From: Eledone cirrhosa
Lineage: Eukaryota
Length of the DNA: 64,000 nucleotides
Assembly (NCBI GenBank): GCA_964016885.1
Contig: OZ024757.1
Coordinates: 13,454,001 to 13,518,000, forward strand
Reading direction: 5' to 3'
Shown here piece after piece: positions 26,411 through 39,729 of this stretch (positions within the stretch are counted from its first letter, which is position 1; the number at the start of each line of letters is the position of its first letter). A program made the position numbers and the translations under genes. Below the pieces are notes generated by a model. The model ran no database searches. It was not told the origin of the DNA and was given only the letters and a program-made list of their open reading frames with translations.

Positions 26411-26890
26411 TAAGAGGGTGTTAAAGTTTGCTTGAAGCATTGTGAAATGTGTAAAATACGTATTTAAGAAAGCCACAACAATGCAAAGGGAAATCTCGAG
26501 GTAGGAAGTGAAATATAGATAGGAAAAACAGGTGAAAGTGAAAATTGAGAGAGACAAAGATGAAAACAAAACAAAGGTAGAAGGGTTACCGTAGTAGAGA
26601 TTTAATCCCAATATTTCGGGCTCACACCCATTAACGGCATTCCTGTCTTAACGACATCACAACTTTCTCCGCTTGGCCTGTTTCCCCCCTTTTGGAACTT
26701 TTCCCCCGTTGATGGGTGTGAGCCCGAAATATTGGGATTAAATCTCTACTACGGTAACCCTTCTACCTTTGTTTTGTTTTCATCTTTGTCTCTCTCAATT
26801 TTCACTTTCACCTGTTTTTCCTATCTATATTTCACTTCCTACCTCGAGATTTCCCTTTGCATTGTTGTGGCTTTCTTAAATACGTATTTA
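26411..26890. mobile_element. Fold-back element with ~185-bp arms and an HHR-like variant
   Basis: Near-perfect inverted repeat 26454-26638 / 26706-26890; identical ORFs appear on both strands in the track. Confidence 0.8.
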
Positions 26891-26967
26891 TATATATATA
26901 TATATAAATTAATATATATATATATATATATACATATAAATTAATATATATATATATATATACATAC

Positions 26968-28223
26968 ATCATCATCATCATCATCAACGTTTAACGTCCG
27001 TGTTCCACGCTTGCATGGATTTGGACGGGGGTATTTCCCACTTGAGGCAAGAATGATTGTCTTGCTCGCATAGGACTGTCTGGCGGGTTTTCTACAGCTG
27101 GATGCCCTTCCTAACACCAACCACATTTACAGTGTGGGGCTGGGAGGTTTTTACCGTGTTGCCTACACGGCCACATTACAGCGTGGACTGTCTGGCGGGT
27201 TTTCCACAGCTGGATGCCCTTCCTAACACCAACCATATTTACAGTGTGGGGCTGGGAGGTTTTTACCGTGTTGCCTACACGGCCACATTACAGCGTGGAC
27301 TGTGTGTTTTTTTGTCGTGACACCTACACGATCTCATTTGTTTCGGCCTGGATGTTGTGGCACCAACATAACTTTACATTGAAAGGGGTGGTGTGGATGG
27401 GGTGGGGGTGGTGGGACGGGGGTGTATTTTGTTAGAGATGCCTACTAACTGTAGTAGGTTTTACTTTGTATTTAGGTAAGGCGGGTCTTCTCTATTACTG
27501 AGTACCGCCAAAGGTCTCGGTCCAGTGACATTGTCTTGGAGAGGTGTAAGTGTGTGAGGTCGGAATTTATCAGCTCGTCCCAGGTTTTTCTGGGTCTGCC
27601 TATTCCGTGGCTACCGTCTATCTTTATTGCCCTGCACTTTGTTATACAGCTATCGTCTTTCATGCGCATCACGTGACCATACCAACGTAGCCTTCTCTCG
27701 AGTAAACAACATCTGATCCCTCTTATTTCTAATGTTTTCCTTAGTTCGTTTATGCTTTGCCGTTCACGTATATTACTATTACACATCCAGCGGAGCATGC
27801 AAGCTTCGTTCCTCTCTAGTCTGCGCATATCCTCTGCACACAATGCCCAGGTCTCACTGCCATGCAACATTGCTGTTCGTATGCAGGCATCATACAACCT
27901 GCCTTTCATTTTTAGCGAGAACCCTTTAGCGGCTAATAGTGGTATAAGCTCTCTGAACTTTTTCCATCCAGTTCTGACTCTAGCTACTGTACTTTCAGAG
28001 CACCCTCCCCCACTGCTGATTTTGTCACCCAGGTAACGGAAGCTGTCCACTATTTCTATGGAACCCTCTGCGCAGTTGAAAGAGCTAGTATTTTGTGGGC
28101 ACTTGCTGCTACTTATTGTACCAGAGCACCGGCCAAATGTAAAATCTATGTTCTTAGTTAGCTTACCTGTGATCCCACTACATCTTTTATGCACCCATAC
28201 TTTGCATTTGGGACACAAAATGG
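26968..28223 (-). mobile_element. 5'-truncated RTE LINE
   Basis: Intact 248-aa C-terminal ORF 27472-28218, (CAT)n tail, and a ~116-bp tandem duplication in the 3' UTR. Confidence 0.95.
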
Positions 28224-28330
28224 TATATAAATTAATTATAAATATAAATTAATATATATATATATATAAATTAATATATATAGATATATATAAATTAATA
28301 TATATATATAAATTAGTATATATATATATA

Positions 28331-28836
28331 TATAGTATGAGTGAACAAAAAAGAAAAACGAACACAGACATATACATATATGTGTTCAAATCGTAATGGA
28401 CCAGAATCGCTAAGGTGAAAAGAATACTAACTACAGGCAATAGGGCTTGCTAGACTATTTAAGAATAAATCAAGAAAAATAAATACAAAATTTAGAAATG
28501 ATCAGGATACTAATAATTCTTCACTCGCCGATGAGTTAGTATTCCTCTTCACAAATAATATTGCGAAACAGTACTATCAAAATTGTCCCGGTGATCGGTA
28601 GTTACCACAATTCTGGTTTGTATTTATTTTTCTTGATTTATTCTTAAATTGAGTCTAGCAAACCGTATTGTCTGTAGTTAGTATTCTTTTCACCTTAGCG
28701 ATTCTGGTCCGTCATGATTTGAACACATATATGTATATGTCTGTGTTCGTTTTACTTTTTTGTTCAGTTATACTATACGGCTCGGAAAACCCTCTTTCCT
28801 AGAGCTAATGAGACTATTTTGAGTTCCTAACTCAAT
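28331..28836. mobile_element. Fold-back PLE-like element with a degenerate HHR in the loop
   Basis: Arms at ~28331-28489 and ~28618-28777; CCGATGA...GAAAC-AGTACT-ATC at 28528-28578. Confidence 0.7.
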
Positions 28837-29029
28837 ATATATATATATATACACAGAAATATCCTCGGTAAGTTGTGTCTGCATGAAGAACTCAATGTAA
28901 TCCATATGTTGAAAATGCTGTAGGTTAAAATAAATCCTGGAAAACAATAAAACATCAATAGGAAAACAGAGTCATGATATAAGTTAAAACAATGAAATAA
29001 AAATTCAAGTCATTAGAAATATACTTAAT

Positions 29030-29219
29030 ACAGAAGACCCGCCTTGCCTATGTACAGCGAAACCTAGTCAGTAGGCACCTCCTAACCAAATATACACCCC
29101 AATCCACTACCCCTACCCTATCCTCCCACTCCCACCAACACCACCCTCTCTCTGTAAAGTTGGTACCACAACATCCAGTCCAAATAAATGAGATGATCAA
29201 GATCGTGTAGGTGTCACGA

Positions 29220-29254
<35 letters not shown>

Positions 29255-29485
29255 AAGCACAGTCCATGCTGTAATGTGGCCGCGTAGGTAACATGGTAAA
29301 AAGTTCCCAGTTCCACACTATAAATGTGGTTGATGTTAGGAAGGGCATCCAGCCGTAGAAAGCTTGCCAGATAGTCCTATACGTGCGAGACACGGTCACC
29401 CGATCAACCTTGCCTCAAGTGATACAACTCCCGTCCAACCCATGCTAGCGTGGAAGATGGAGGTTAAACGATGATGATGATGATC
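29030..29485 (+). mobile_element. RTE LINE 3' end
   Basis: cagaagacccgccttgcc plus the family 3' UTR and a (GAT)n tail. Confidence 0.85.
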
Positions 29486-29486
29486 A

Positions 29487-29744
29487 TGTAGGGTTAGTTA
29501 CAAAATATCAGATAAGGAATATATTTACTTACATGTATATCATCAGCTGTTGTCAAAAGCAATGCTTTTGACAACAGCTGATGATATACATGTAAGTAAA
29601 TATATTTCTTATCTGATATTTTGTAACTAACCCTACATAAATCGATAACGAAATATGCGTACAATGTATTATTATCACTTAGAAACGATCGTAAAGCAGT
29701 GAAGTATATTTCTAATGACTTGAATTTTTATTTCATTGTTTTAA

Positions 29745-29745
<1 letters not shown>
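29487..29745 (+). mobile_element. Small fold-back pLTR-like remnant with a decayed long-stem-II HHR
   Basis: ~75-bp near-perfect hairpin centred at ~29562; tgctt-TTGACAA...GAAAC-GATC-GTA-aagca. Confidence 0.55.
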
Positions 29746-29782
<37 letters not shown>

Positions 29783-29846
29783 TATATATATATATATAAA
29801 TTAATATATATATATATACATATATATAAATTAATATATATATATA

Positions 29847-30882
29847 TATTGTTATATTTGGGGAGGGTCATATTTGCGTAATATTGCCAGAATTAATAAC
29901 AGAACACACTCACTGTTTGGTTGGTTTTCGCTTCTCGCTGTCTTTTATATCTGCGATCTAACTTACTCGGTCCTCAATGTTGCCATTGACTGACCGGCGG
30001 TCAAAAATAATACAGATACAATATAGACACAAACACATATATATAGTTTACATAATTTACATAAATCTTTCGTTGCACATCTGCAACATCGAAAAAACGG
30101 GTCAGTACTATACGAACATGCTAGACAACAACATGACGGTAACATAGACAACATAGAAATTAGAATAATATCTAAACATAGGAATGACCCAGCAGATAGG
30201 CAAATCAGAGAGGCCAGTGAAATAGAAATTAGAAAACCAAAGCTAAACAGAAAGAATGAGTGGAACAACAACAACACCCAAACAAACAACACTGACCTAA
30301 GAGAAGTATAAATAAGTAAATAAAATAAAATAAAATAAGATAAATAAATACATACACAAGCACAATAACAACAAGCACATAAACACACACTAGTCACCCA
30401 GCAGACACGACACTATACACACTAGTCACACATAACACTATACACACACGCAAACGCATGCGCAAAGAAGACAAAATAAAATAAGATAAACAAACAAGCA
30501 AATAAATAAATAAATATATAGACAGACTGAATAAAAAAAATGGCGTAGACATACAACACAACAGGAGGAACAATGAATATAACACCACTGACGATGTTGC
30601 AGATGTGCAACGAAAGATTTATGTAAACTATATATATGTGTTTGTGTCTATATTGTATCTGTATTATTTTTGACCGCCGGTCAGTCAATGGCAACATTGA
30701 GGACCGAGTAAGTTAGATCGCAGATATAAAAGACAGCGAGAAGCGAAAACCAACCAAACAGTGAGTGTGTTCTGTTATTAATTCTGGCAATATTACGCAA
30801 ATATGACCCTCCCCAAATATAACAATATCTGTTTCGACACACGATTTCATATAAAAAACCTCGCTAAACTAATTCATCGCCG

Positions 30883-30883
<1 letters not shown>
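29847..30883 (+). mobile_element. 5'-truncated Penelope-like element with an inverted pLTR and a GIY-YIG C-terminal remnant
   Basis: Inverted arms 29847-30091 / 30592-30827. 30093-30311 translates to SVLYEHARQQH...RQIREASEIEIRKPKLNRKNEW. HHR-like core CTGACGA-t-gttgca(gatg)tgcaac-GAAA at 30588-30615. Confidence 0.85.
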
Positions 30884-30926
<43 letters not shown>

Positions 30927-31229
30927 TATTATATATATATATATACATATATATAAATTAATATATATATATATATATAAATAAATTAATATATATATAT
31001 ATATATATATACATATATATAAATTAATATATATATATATACATATATATAAATTAATATATATATATATACATAAATTAATATATATATATATATACAT
31101 ATATATAAATTAATATATATATGTATATATACATACATATAAATTAATATATATATATATATATACATACATATAAATTAATATATATATATATATACAT
31201 ATATATAAATTAATATATATATATATATA

Positions 31230-33186
31230 TCTATATATATAAAGTGAAGATGGGCATTGTTTGGTGTTCGAATTTTCATGAAACCTCACACATATATAAA
31301 ACTCAACGCGTAGAGTGGAATAGGCTACTTGAAATTTTCGAAAAATCGATAATCGGGCCCTATGACAGAATGTTTTTCGATTCCAATGAAATTTTATGTG
31401 AATTCGAACACAAGAACTCTTAGTTTACATCTGGCGCAATAAAACTAAATTTCATATGCCCATATAAGGATGTGCGTTATTGATTGGAAGGCCAGCTGTC
31501 TCAGTAAACGACTGACCATTAAAGAGTTTATCTTTTCATATTCCACCTTATTCAAGTGGAAATACAGTATTATCCCTATCTGAAAAAGGAACCAAATTTA
31601 ATGGTGTCTTTTGTGATGCTAAAAGCTGTGAGTAAATTTTCAAACAGTCTTAAATAATCATGCTTTTTGAAAAAAAAAAATTACTAAATAATACGTTGAC
31701 CAAGTTGTATTGTACACATACAAAGTTGTAAAAAATGTTACATCTGTATCCAATGTTTTCCTTTTTTAAACAAAAGGTTCTAAAAAATTACTTAATTTAT
31801 AATTATTCTAGGTCATAAACAACCAAACCGCATGTCTATTTAAATTAATGGTCAAAATGTTCAGCAAACCAATTCTTCCCCTTCACCTCCAAGGCCTAGC
31901 CATTATATCTTATAGGTCGGGATTCGCAATTTCTACGATTTCAATATTGACACTACAATCCGTCAGGTTTTTCGGCACATTTTGCTATGATAGGAATATC
32001 AACGTGATTTTCACTTAATTCGTAAGTGTTCAATCTTCCGTATGCTTTTATTTTTTTATACAACACCGACTACAATCACCTAACTTTACTTTGTAGGGTA
32101 GATGCGAATCACAAGGGAAACAATCCTGTGATATACAACACCACCAAATTCTTTGGCCTACCTAGATTTCAATGGCTATATCCTTTGCTTTTGTACGGTT
32201 GTACATTTGACAATGTCGCAAAACATTATTCCACTTGATTCTTACCTTTCAGCTATGAATTGGGCAGTGCCTTAAAATCCCGTTTTATTTGCATGCAATT
32301 TTTTTGTATCTTATGTATGGAGAATCGAAAACCCTTTTTCTCATAACCTGATACATGCGTTACACATGCTCCATGGATGTTTGTGGACTATTTTTTCAAA
32401 ATACCAATATCACAGATTGGAGCACAAAAGGAAACGTTTGTTCTTCATTTATTTAAATCCAGCGCCTTATAAACCTGTGTGTATCTGGGTACACTAGCTA
32501 GAAAGAGAAATGGAAACATTGATTCCTCGGTCCGATTTGACTAAAGTAGATTTAGTTCCACAGCAAATTAACAAACCATACTTGAAGACACGTTGAGGCT
32601 GTTGCAAAGGGCAATAACCCTAGATACAATTTTGATCAACTTTTTTTCACCTATAGCAAATTTACCGGGACAGGTTTTTAGCTACTCAAATCTACTTCAG
32701 AGATCACGCATTGATGTAAAAAATCAATAAAACTGAAGCGGGGCTCGACTTTGCGCAAAAAAACAAGGCAAAGTTACACATGGGAAAACTTTTTACAGGA
32801 ACGTCCAATATTCTTGAAAACTGTCACAAAAGACTCGCCATTATGCCGCGGTTAAGATAAAGGCCCTTTTAATTCTTCTTCTGCACATGTGAGCGCAAAA
32901 ATTGTAAAAAAAAAAAACCCTGAAAAAAATCGACATTTTCACCCTGCTTTAAATTAACTGAACATTCAATATCAAGCGATTTTGACTTCCGTCAGTCGTG
33001 CAGAGAACAATTTCAACGATACACTGTGTAACTACAATTAATAAATTACACACCTGCGTCTACTAACCTATTTTTTTTCATTGAAGTTCGAAGTTTTGAA
33101 CCTGTGATGCGTGGGAAGTAACTTTCATACATTCTAACAGACCAAAAGTCGACTTACACCCGGGCAACGCCGGGTACTTCTGCTAG
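31230..33186 (+). mobile_element. Non-autonomous Helitron
   Basis: 5' TCTATATATATAAA, 3' GC-rich hairpin ACCCGG-GCAACG-CCGGGT followed by CTAG, inserted between A and T with no obvious target-site duplication. Confidence 0.85.
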
Positions 33187-34752
33187 TATATATATATATA
33201 TACATATATATAAATTAATATATATATATATAAATTAATATATATATATATATAAATTAATATATATATATATAATTAATATATATATATATATAAATTA
33301 ATATATATAATTAATATAATATATATATATATAAATTAATATATATAATTAATATAATATATATATATATAAATTAATATATATATATAAATTAAATTAA
33401 TAAAAACAAAGAACAAGTTCCTTATATTAAAAAATTCATCATTTTACGATCGTATCTAGGATGTATATGTGTGTTGGTATGTATATCATATAGATCTATG
33501 TAAAAATATTACAAATTATCAGAGGAAATATACATACCTTCACATATACATGCTGTGTTCAGATATGATGAGATTTGTTTATTGAAAAAACCCAACAAAG
33601 ATTTAATATAAAAGGTCTGTTTGGGAACAGGTTTTGAATTGCCAATAGAAAAGTAGTTAGAGGTCAAGTTGATAGAATAGTAGTAGTAGAAATTTAATTT
33701 AGGGGTAGAGGAGTGCAGACTTATGTTTTGAATGAAAAGAATACTTTGAATGAAAAGAATACTTTGGGGATGAAAAGAGGTCAAGCCAGTGAAGGGTACA
33801 GAAAAATTTGATGTTATTAAAGAATAATGTTAAAAACTAAGGAAAATAAAATTTTAGGGTAAGGGAGAAATACCAATCTTATTTAAACCACAAGGAATCT
33901 AGATCTATAACAAGAAATTAAATTAATTGATAGGTATACTTATAGGGATAAATTTATATTAATTCATATGAATGTGATAAATAAGAATTAGAAGTTATTA
34001 AAGAGTGTTGTTAAAAACAAAGGAAAGTAAAATTTTGGGATAAGGGTAGTAGTGAGAAATACCAATCTTATATAAACTACAAGGAATCTAGATTCATAAC
34101 AGGAAATTACATTAATTTATAGGTATACTTTTAAGTATTAATTTTAGGAAAAGAGAGCTGTAAGAGGGAAATAAAATTATGAAGTTCTCTGTAGTAAAGT
34201 ACTAATTATAGGTTAACTAAATTAAAAAAACTAATTATAATAATATGTAAAATATAAGTGTAAGGTGTATATTAATTAGGCTGCTATTTCTGGCTGTCCT
34301 ATTCACGCCACTGGTATGACATTGGGCAATGTGTGTATTTGAAAAAAATACAACACGTGGTTCGAGTCATTCACAGATTTGCATTTGCTTTGTAAACGCA
34401 GATGGTTATCTTCTTCTCCTTTGGTGAACATCCAAGAATTTAACTGCTGTGATTTATGGATTAATAGGTGAAATATATTTCTTACTTAAAGAAATATATA
34501 CAAAGGAGATTAATAATTTTAAAAGGTATCTATATTTGAAGTTCTAGTTAAACTTTAATTAATTACCTACCTAGCTATGTGTGCCTACATTCTTTACAAA
34601 TTATTCCCTGTGATTGTTTCATATGTTTATTTTATATATATGTCAATCTATTTCTAGGTGATATGTAATGCTCGGATCTAATCTTTGAGCTTATTCTACA
34701 GTGGATATGGCGCATGTCTCTCAGACATGACAACCCTTAATTTTAATTTTGG

Positions 34753-34887
<135 letters not shown>

Positions 34888-35006
34888 CATATATATATAT
34901 ACATATATATATATATACATATATATATATACATATATATATATACATATATATATATATACATATATATATATACATATATATATATATACATATATAT
35001 ATATAC

Positions 35007-35073
<67 letters not shown>

Positions 35074-35154
35074 CATACATATATAATCAAGGTTTAGCAA
35101 ATAAAAAAAAGTTTCAAAATAAATTTCAAAAAATTCACTGTACTTACTATGGTT

Positions 35155-35240
35155 ACCGTTACTGAAACGGTTTCGAGTCTCAAAAATAAATGGACAGTCT
35201 TTGCGGGCCTCCATTGAAAAGATAAACTCTCGTCAGAAGG
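35155..35240 (-). ncRNA. HHR-like motif with extended stem II
   Basis: Minus strand reads cctt-CTGACGA-gagttt...agactc-GAAAC-cgtttca-GTA-acgg; stem I is imperfect. Confidence 0.5.
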
Positions 35241-35610
35241 TTCTATTCACTTGGAGAATATAAAATTCCCGAGTTCGAATTACGAACTGGCGCTATTCAA
35301 AATTGTTCCCGAGATGAGAATGAATATATATATATATATACACATAAAAATAATTCAGACTCAATCCAAAAGGAATCAGGATATAGATTTATCCAACAGA
35401 ATTTAGAGAAATCTAGGGAAAATCAATAGAGACTTAACTCATGATAAAACAAAGTCTAAAGTACTCAACCTTCAATTTGGGACAACTTCAAATGCTCTGT
35501 ATAGTCTTGAAAAGACTATTTCACGAAAACTTTATACATATATATATATATATACTTTATACATATATGTATAACTTTATACATATATGTATAACTTTAT
35601 ACATATCTAT

Positions 35611-35770
35611 CTAAGGCGGGTAAAATTCCCGAGATCCATGGACGAGTTCTCTCCAGCGGTCTCTGTCCCTCATTATCGCTGCCATATCCTGCATCTCCAA
35701 CAGACCAGTGTCTGTCCTTAGGGCATCAACATATGTTAACCTTGGTCTTCCTCTTCTAGTGTGTCCATGT
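35611..35770 (-). mobile_element. 3' end of the second RTE-like LINE family
   Basis: HGHTRRGRPRLTYVDALRTDTGLLE...WRELVHGSREFYPP, homologous to 26140-26351. Confidence 0.75.
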
Positions 35771-35809
35771 ATATATACTCCATTATAATTGCCTAGTCCA
35801 TTCATCAAT

Positions 35810-38800
35810 CTGTATCATTTATCCCAGAACCCAATCCTTGTTGCTTTTCTATTCGATAATTCTAGCGTAATTTTCAAAACAAATCTTGTATTTTTTTATG
35901 CTTGTTAAATTATTCCCAAAATCCGGGGATCTTATTTAAACCTTAACCTTCTCGCTAACTACCCCATATTTACGTGGGCCAATCATAAGTCAACGGCCTA
36001 TGCTATCACTTACCTGGTTGCCTTTCGATATGATGGATGGACTACGGAATTCTGGAGAGTTTGAAAAGAAAAAATCTGAACACTCAGTGACAATGCCAAA
36101 GATAAAGACAAATTCACCTCATGCTGCCGGACGAGAATGCAAGGATTCCTCCTCGTTTCGGCCGCGGATGGCTAACATACCCCCCCCCCCCACCTGCACC
36201 CCACCGCTCCCACACTCCAAACGCAATCCAAAACTTCAGAGTTGGTACCATGAATGTAGGCACCTTAAAGGGTCGCTCTAACGAGGTTGTAGAAATGCTT
36301 GAACGTAATGAGGTCGATGTTTGTTGTATTTAAGAGACCAGGTGGAAGGGTGGGTCTGCTAGATTCATTGTGGGTAAAGAACGATGTTATAAGCTTTTCT
36401 GGGTGGGAAATGACAATGGGCTGGGTGGAGTAGGAATCATGGTAGCAGAAAAGTGGGCAGATAAGATAATAGACGTAAATAGAGTGAACGACAGAATAAT
36501 TAAAATAAGACTTGTCCTCAATAGAACTACTGTGACAATAATATCTGCATATGCACCACAATCTGGACTGCCTGGCGTTATAAAAGACAGATTCTATGAG
36601 ACGTTAATGCTCACTATCTCCCAAATAACCGACAGTGACTACATAGTTATCGCTGGCGACCTAAATGGTCACGTTGGACAACATTGTGATGGCTATGACG
36701 GAATCCATGGAGGCTATGGGTTTGGTACTAGAAATGAGGAAGGCTCCAGAATCCTGGAATTCTGTGACGCAAATAACCTAACTATCTGTAACACTAACTT
36801 AAAAAAACGAGACAATCACTTGATCACCTATAGATCGAGGGAACACACAAGCCAGGTAGATTATCTCCTTACCAGGAGACGTGACAGAGTGTCTGTTGTA
36901 AACACTAAATCCCTCCCCCATGAAGAATGCACCTCTCAACATAGACACATAATTAGCGACCTCATAGTCAGGACGAGACGTACTCGACAACAGAAGAGGA
37001 CTATCCTCAGGAGAAAAATATGGAAGTTAAAAGATCCCACAACCAGTAATAAATTTAAAAGCATATTACTTGATGCTTTTGATAGTAAGGAAGAGCAATT
37101 AGAGTCGTACAATATAGAGGAACAGTGGAAATTCCTGAAAGCTAACCTGCTGAAGGCGACAGATGAAACCTGTGGCTGGAGCAGACCTATAAGCAGGAGG
37201 AGAGTAACTTGGTGGTGGAACAGTAAGGTGGAGAGGTCAATCAAGGCCAAAAAGCAGGCTTGGAAAGCATGGCAGGATGGGGGACGTAGAGAAGACTATC
37301 AAGTGGCCAGGAGGGAAGCTAGGAGACAAGTGTACTTCGCGAGGACCAAAAACGTGAGGTGTTCAGGATTGTTAGCCAATGTGTCAAGGAAAACAGTGAT
37401 ATAGTCGAGGAGAAGTGTGTCCTTAATGATGATGGTGTACTTGCCATCACTGACGCTGATAAGAAGGTAGCTTGGAAGTGTCACTACGAAAGGCTACTAA
37501 ATGAGGAGAATAATTGGGAGAAGGACAGTCTCCCCCACATCGACCCAATAGAGGGACCAGCAGTGCAAGTTGAAGGTAGTATAATGAGTAAGGCGATCAA
37601 AGACATGAAGACGGGCAAGGCGGCTGGGCCTTTGGAAATAATTGCTGAAAAGCTGAAAGCATTTGGAACGGTGGGACACACTATGGTCACTCGGATAGTA
37701 AACCAAGTCATACAGAATGGGGTTGTTCCGAAGGACTGGCGCAGCAGCATCATCATTAACTGCTACAAGGGTAAAGGTGATGCCCTAGATAGGGGAAACT
37801 ATAGAGGCATTAAATTAATTGACCAGGTCATGAAGGTCACAGAAAAAGTAATAGCGCAACTAATGAGAGAGCGAATTGATCTAGACGAAATGCAGTTCGG
37901 GTTTGTGTCAGGTAAAAGTACAACAAACGCTCTCTTCATTGTATGACGACTACAGGAGAAGTACCTAACTAAAAGTAAACCCCTATACTTAGCCCTTGTT
38001 GACTTGGAGAAAGCCTTTGACAGAGTACCCTGTTCGATTATCTGGTGGGCCCTTAGAAAACTAGGTGTTGATGAATGGCTATACAAGCCATGTATAAAGA
38101 AACAGTCAGCAAGGTTAGAATTAACAACGAATATAGTGAAGAGTTTAGCGTAAAAGTTGGTGTTCACCAAGGCTCTGTCCTTAGCCCCCTACTATTTATT
38201 ATTGCCCTTCAGGCTATAACAGAGGAGTTCAAGACCGGCTGCCCATGGGAACTCCCATAAGCAGATGATCTAACGCTCATAGCTGAATCAATGGCGGAAC
38301 TAGAGAAGAAATTCCAAACATGGAAGCATGGCCTAGAATCAAAAGGCCTTAAAGTTAACCTGTCTAGTTTGTAGGAAGGAAAATAGGGCACCGGTCCCAT
38401 CTGGGAAATGGCCATGCTCAGTGTTTATGAAAGGCGTAGGTAGAAACTCCATTTTATGTCCCAAATGCAAAGTAAGGGTGCATAAAAGATGTAGTGGGAT
38501 CACAGGTAAGCTAATTAAGAATAGATTTTATATGTGGCCGGTGCTCTGGTGCAATAAGTAGCAGCAAGTGCCCACTGAATACTAGCTCATTCCATTACAC
38601 AGATGGTTCTATAGAAATAGTGGACAGCTTCCGTTACTTGGGTGACAAAATCAACAGTGGGGGAGGGTGCTCTGAAAGTACAGTAGCTAGAGTCAGAACT
38701 GGATGGAAAAAGTTCAGAGAGTTTATACCACTATGAGCTGCTAAAGGGTTCTCCCTAAAAATGAAAGGCAGGTTGTATGAAGCCTGCATACAAACAGCAA

Positions 38801-39579
38801 TGTTGCATGGCAGTGAGACCTGGGCATTGTGTGCAGAGGATATACGCAGACTAGAGAGGAACGAAGCTTGCATGCTCCGCTGGATGTGTAATAGTAATAT
38901 ACGTGAACGGCAAAGCATAAACGAACTAAGGAAAAAATTTGAAATAAGAGGGATCAGATGTTGTTTACTCGAGAGAAGGCTACGTTGGTATGGTCACGTG
39001 ATGCGCATGAAAGACGACAGCTGTATAACAAAGTGCAGGGCAATAAAGATAGACGGTATCCATAGAGTAGGCAGACCCAGAAAAACCTGGGACGAGCTGA
39101 TAAATTCCGATCTCACACACTTACACCTCTCCAAGATGTCACTGGACCGAGACCTTTGGTGGTACTCAGTAATAGAGAAGACCCGCCTTACCTAAATACA
39201 AAGTAAAACCTACTACAGTCAGTAGGCATCTCTAACAAAATACCCCCCCCCCCCCTACCGCCCATTTCAATGTAAAGTTATGTTGGTGCCACAACATCCA
39301 GGCCGAAACAAATGAGATCGTGTAGGCGTCACGACAAAAAAACAGACAGTCCACGCTGTAATGTGACCGTGTAGGCAACATGGTAAAAACCTCCCAGCCC
39401 TACACTGTAAATGTGGTTGGTGTTAGGAAGGGCATCCAGCTGTAGAAAACCCGCCAGACAGTCCTATGCGAGCAATGACAACCAATCTTGCCTCAAGTGG
39501 GAAAACTCCCGTCCAAACCCATGCAAGCGTGGAACATGGACGTTAAACGATGATGATGATGATGATGATGATGATGATA
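35810..39579 (+). mobile_element. Full-length, decayed RTE-clade LINE
   Basis: 5' UTR matches 22324-22460. Coding region runs from ~36092 (MPKIKTN) through APE (ORF 36370) and RT to a stop at 39195, then a (GAT)n tail. Several stops and frameshifts. Confidence 0.95.
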
Positions 39580-39587
39580 TGCATATA

Positions 39588-39618
<31 letters not shown>

Positions 39619-39625
39619 GCATATA

Positions 39626-39659
<34 letters not shown>

Positions 39660-39662
39660 CAC

Positions 39663-39721
<59 letters not shown>

Positions 39722-39729
39722 CATACGTG

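Noticed and set aside
28855-28945. Minus-strand acceptor-like site followed by a short open frame
   Set aside because: No similarity to QRSL1 or any family I recognise, and no convincing donor.
33500-34700. AT-rich stretch possibly from an old LINE (similar case at 40620-41800)
   Set aside because: Only isolated Cys/His hints; it cannot be classified from the sequence.
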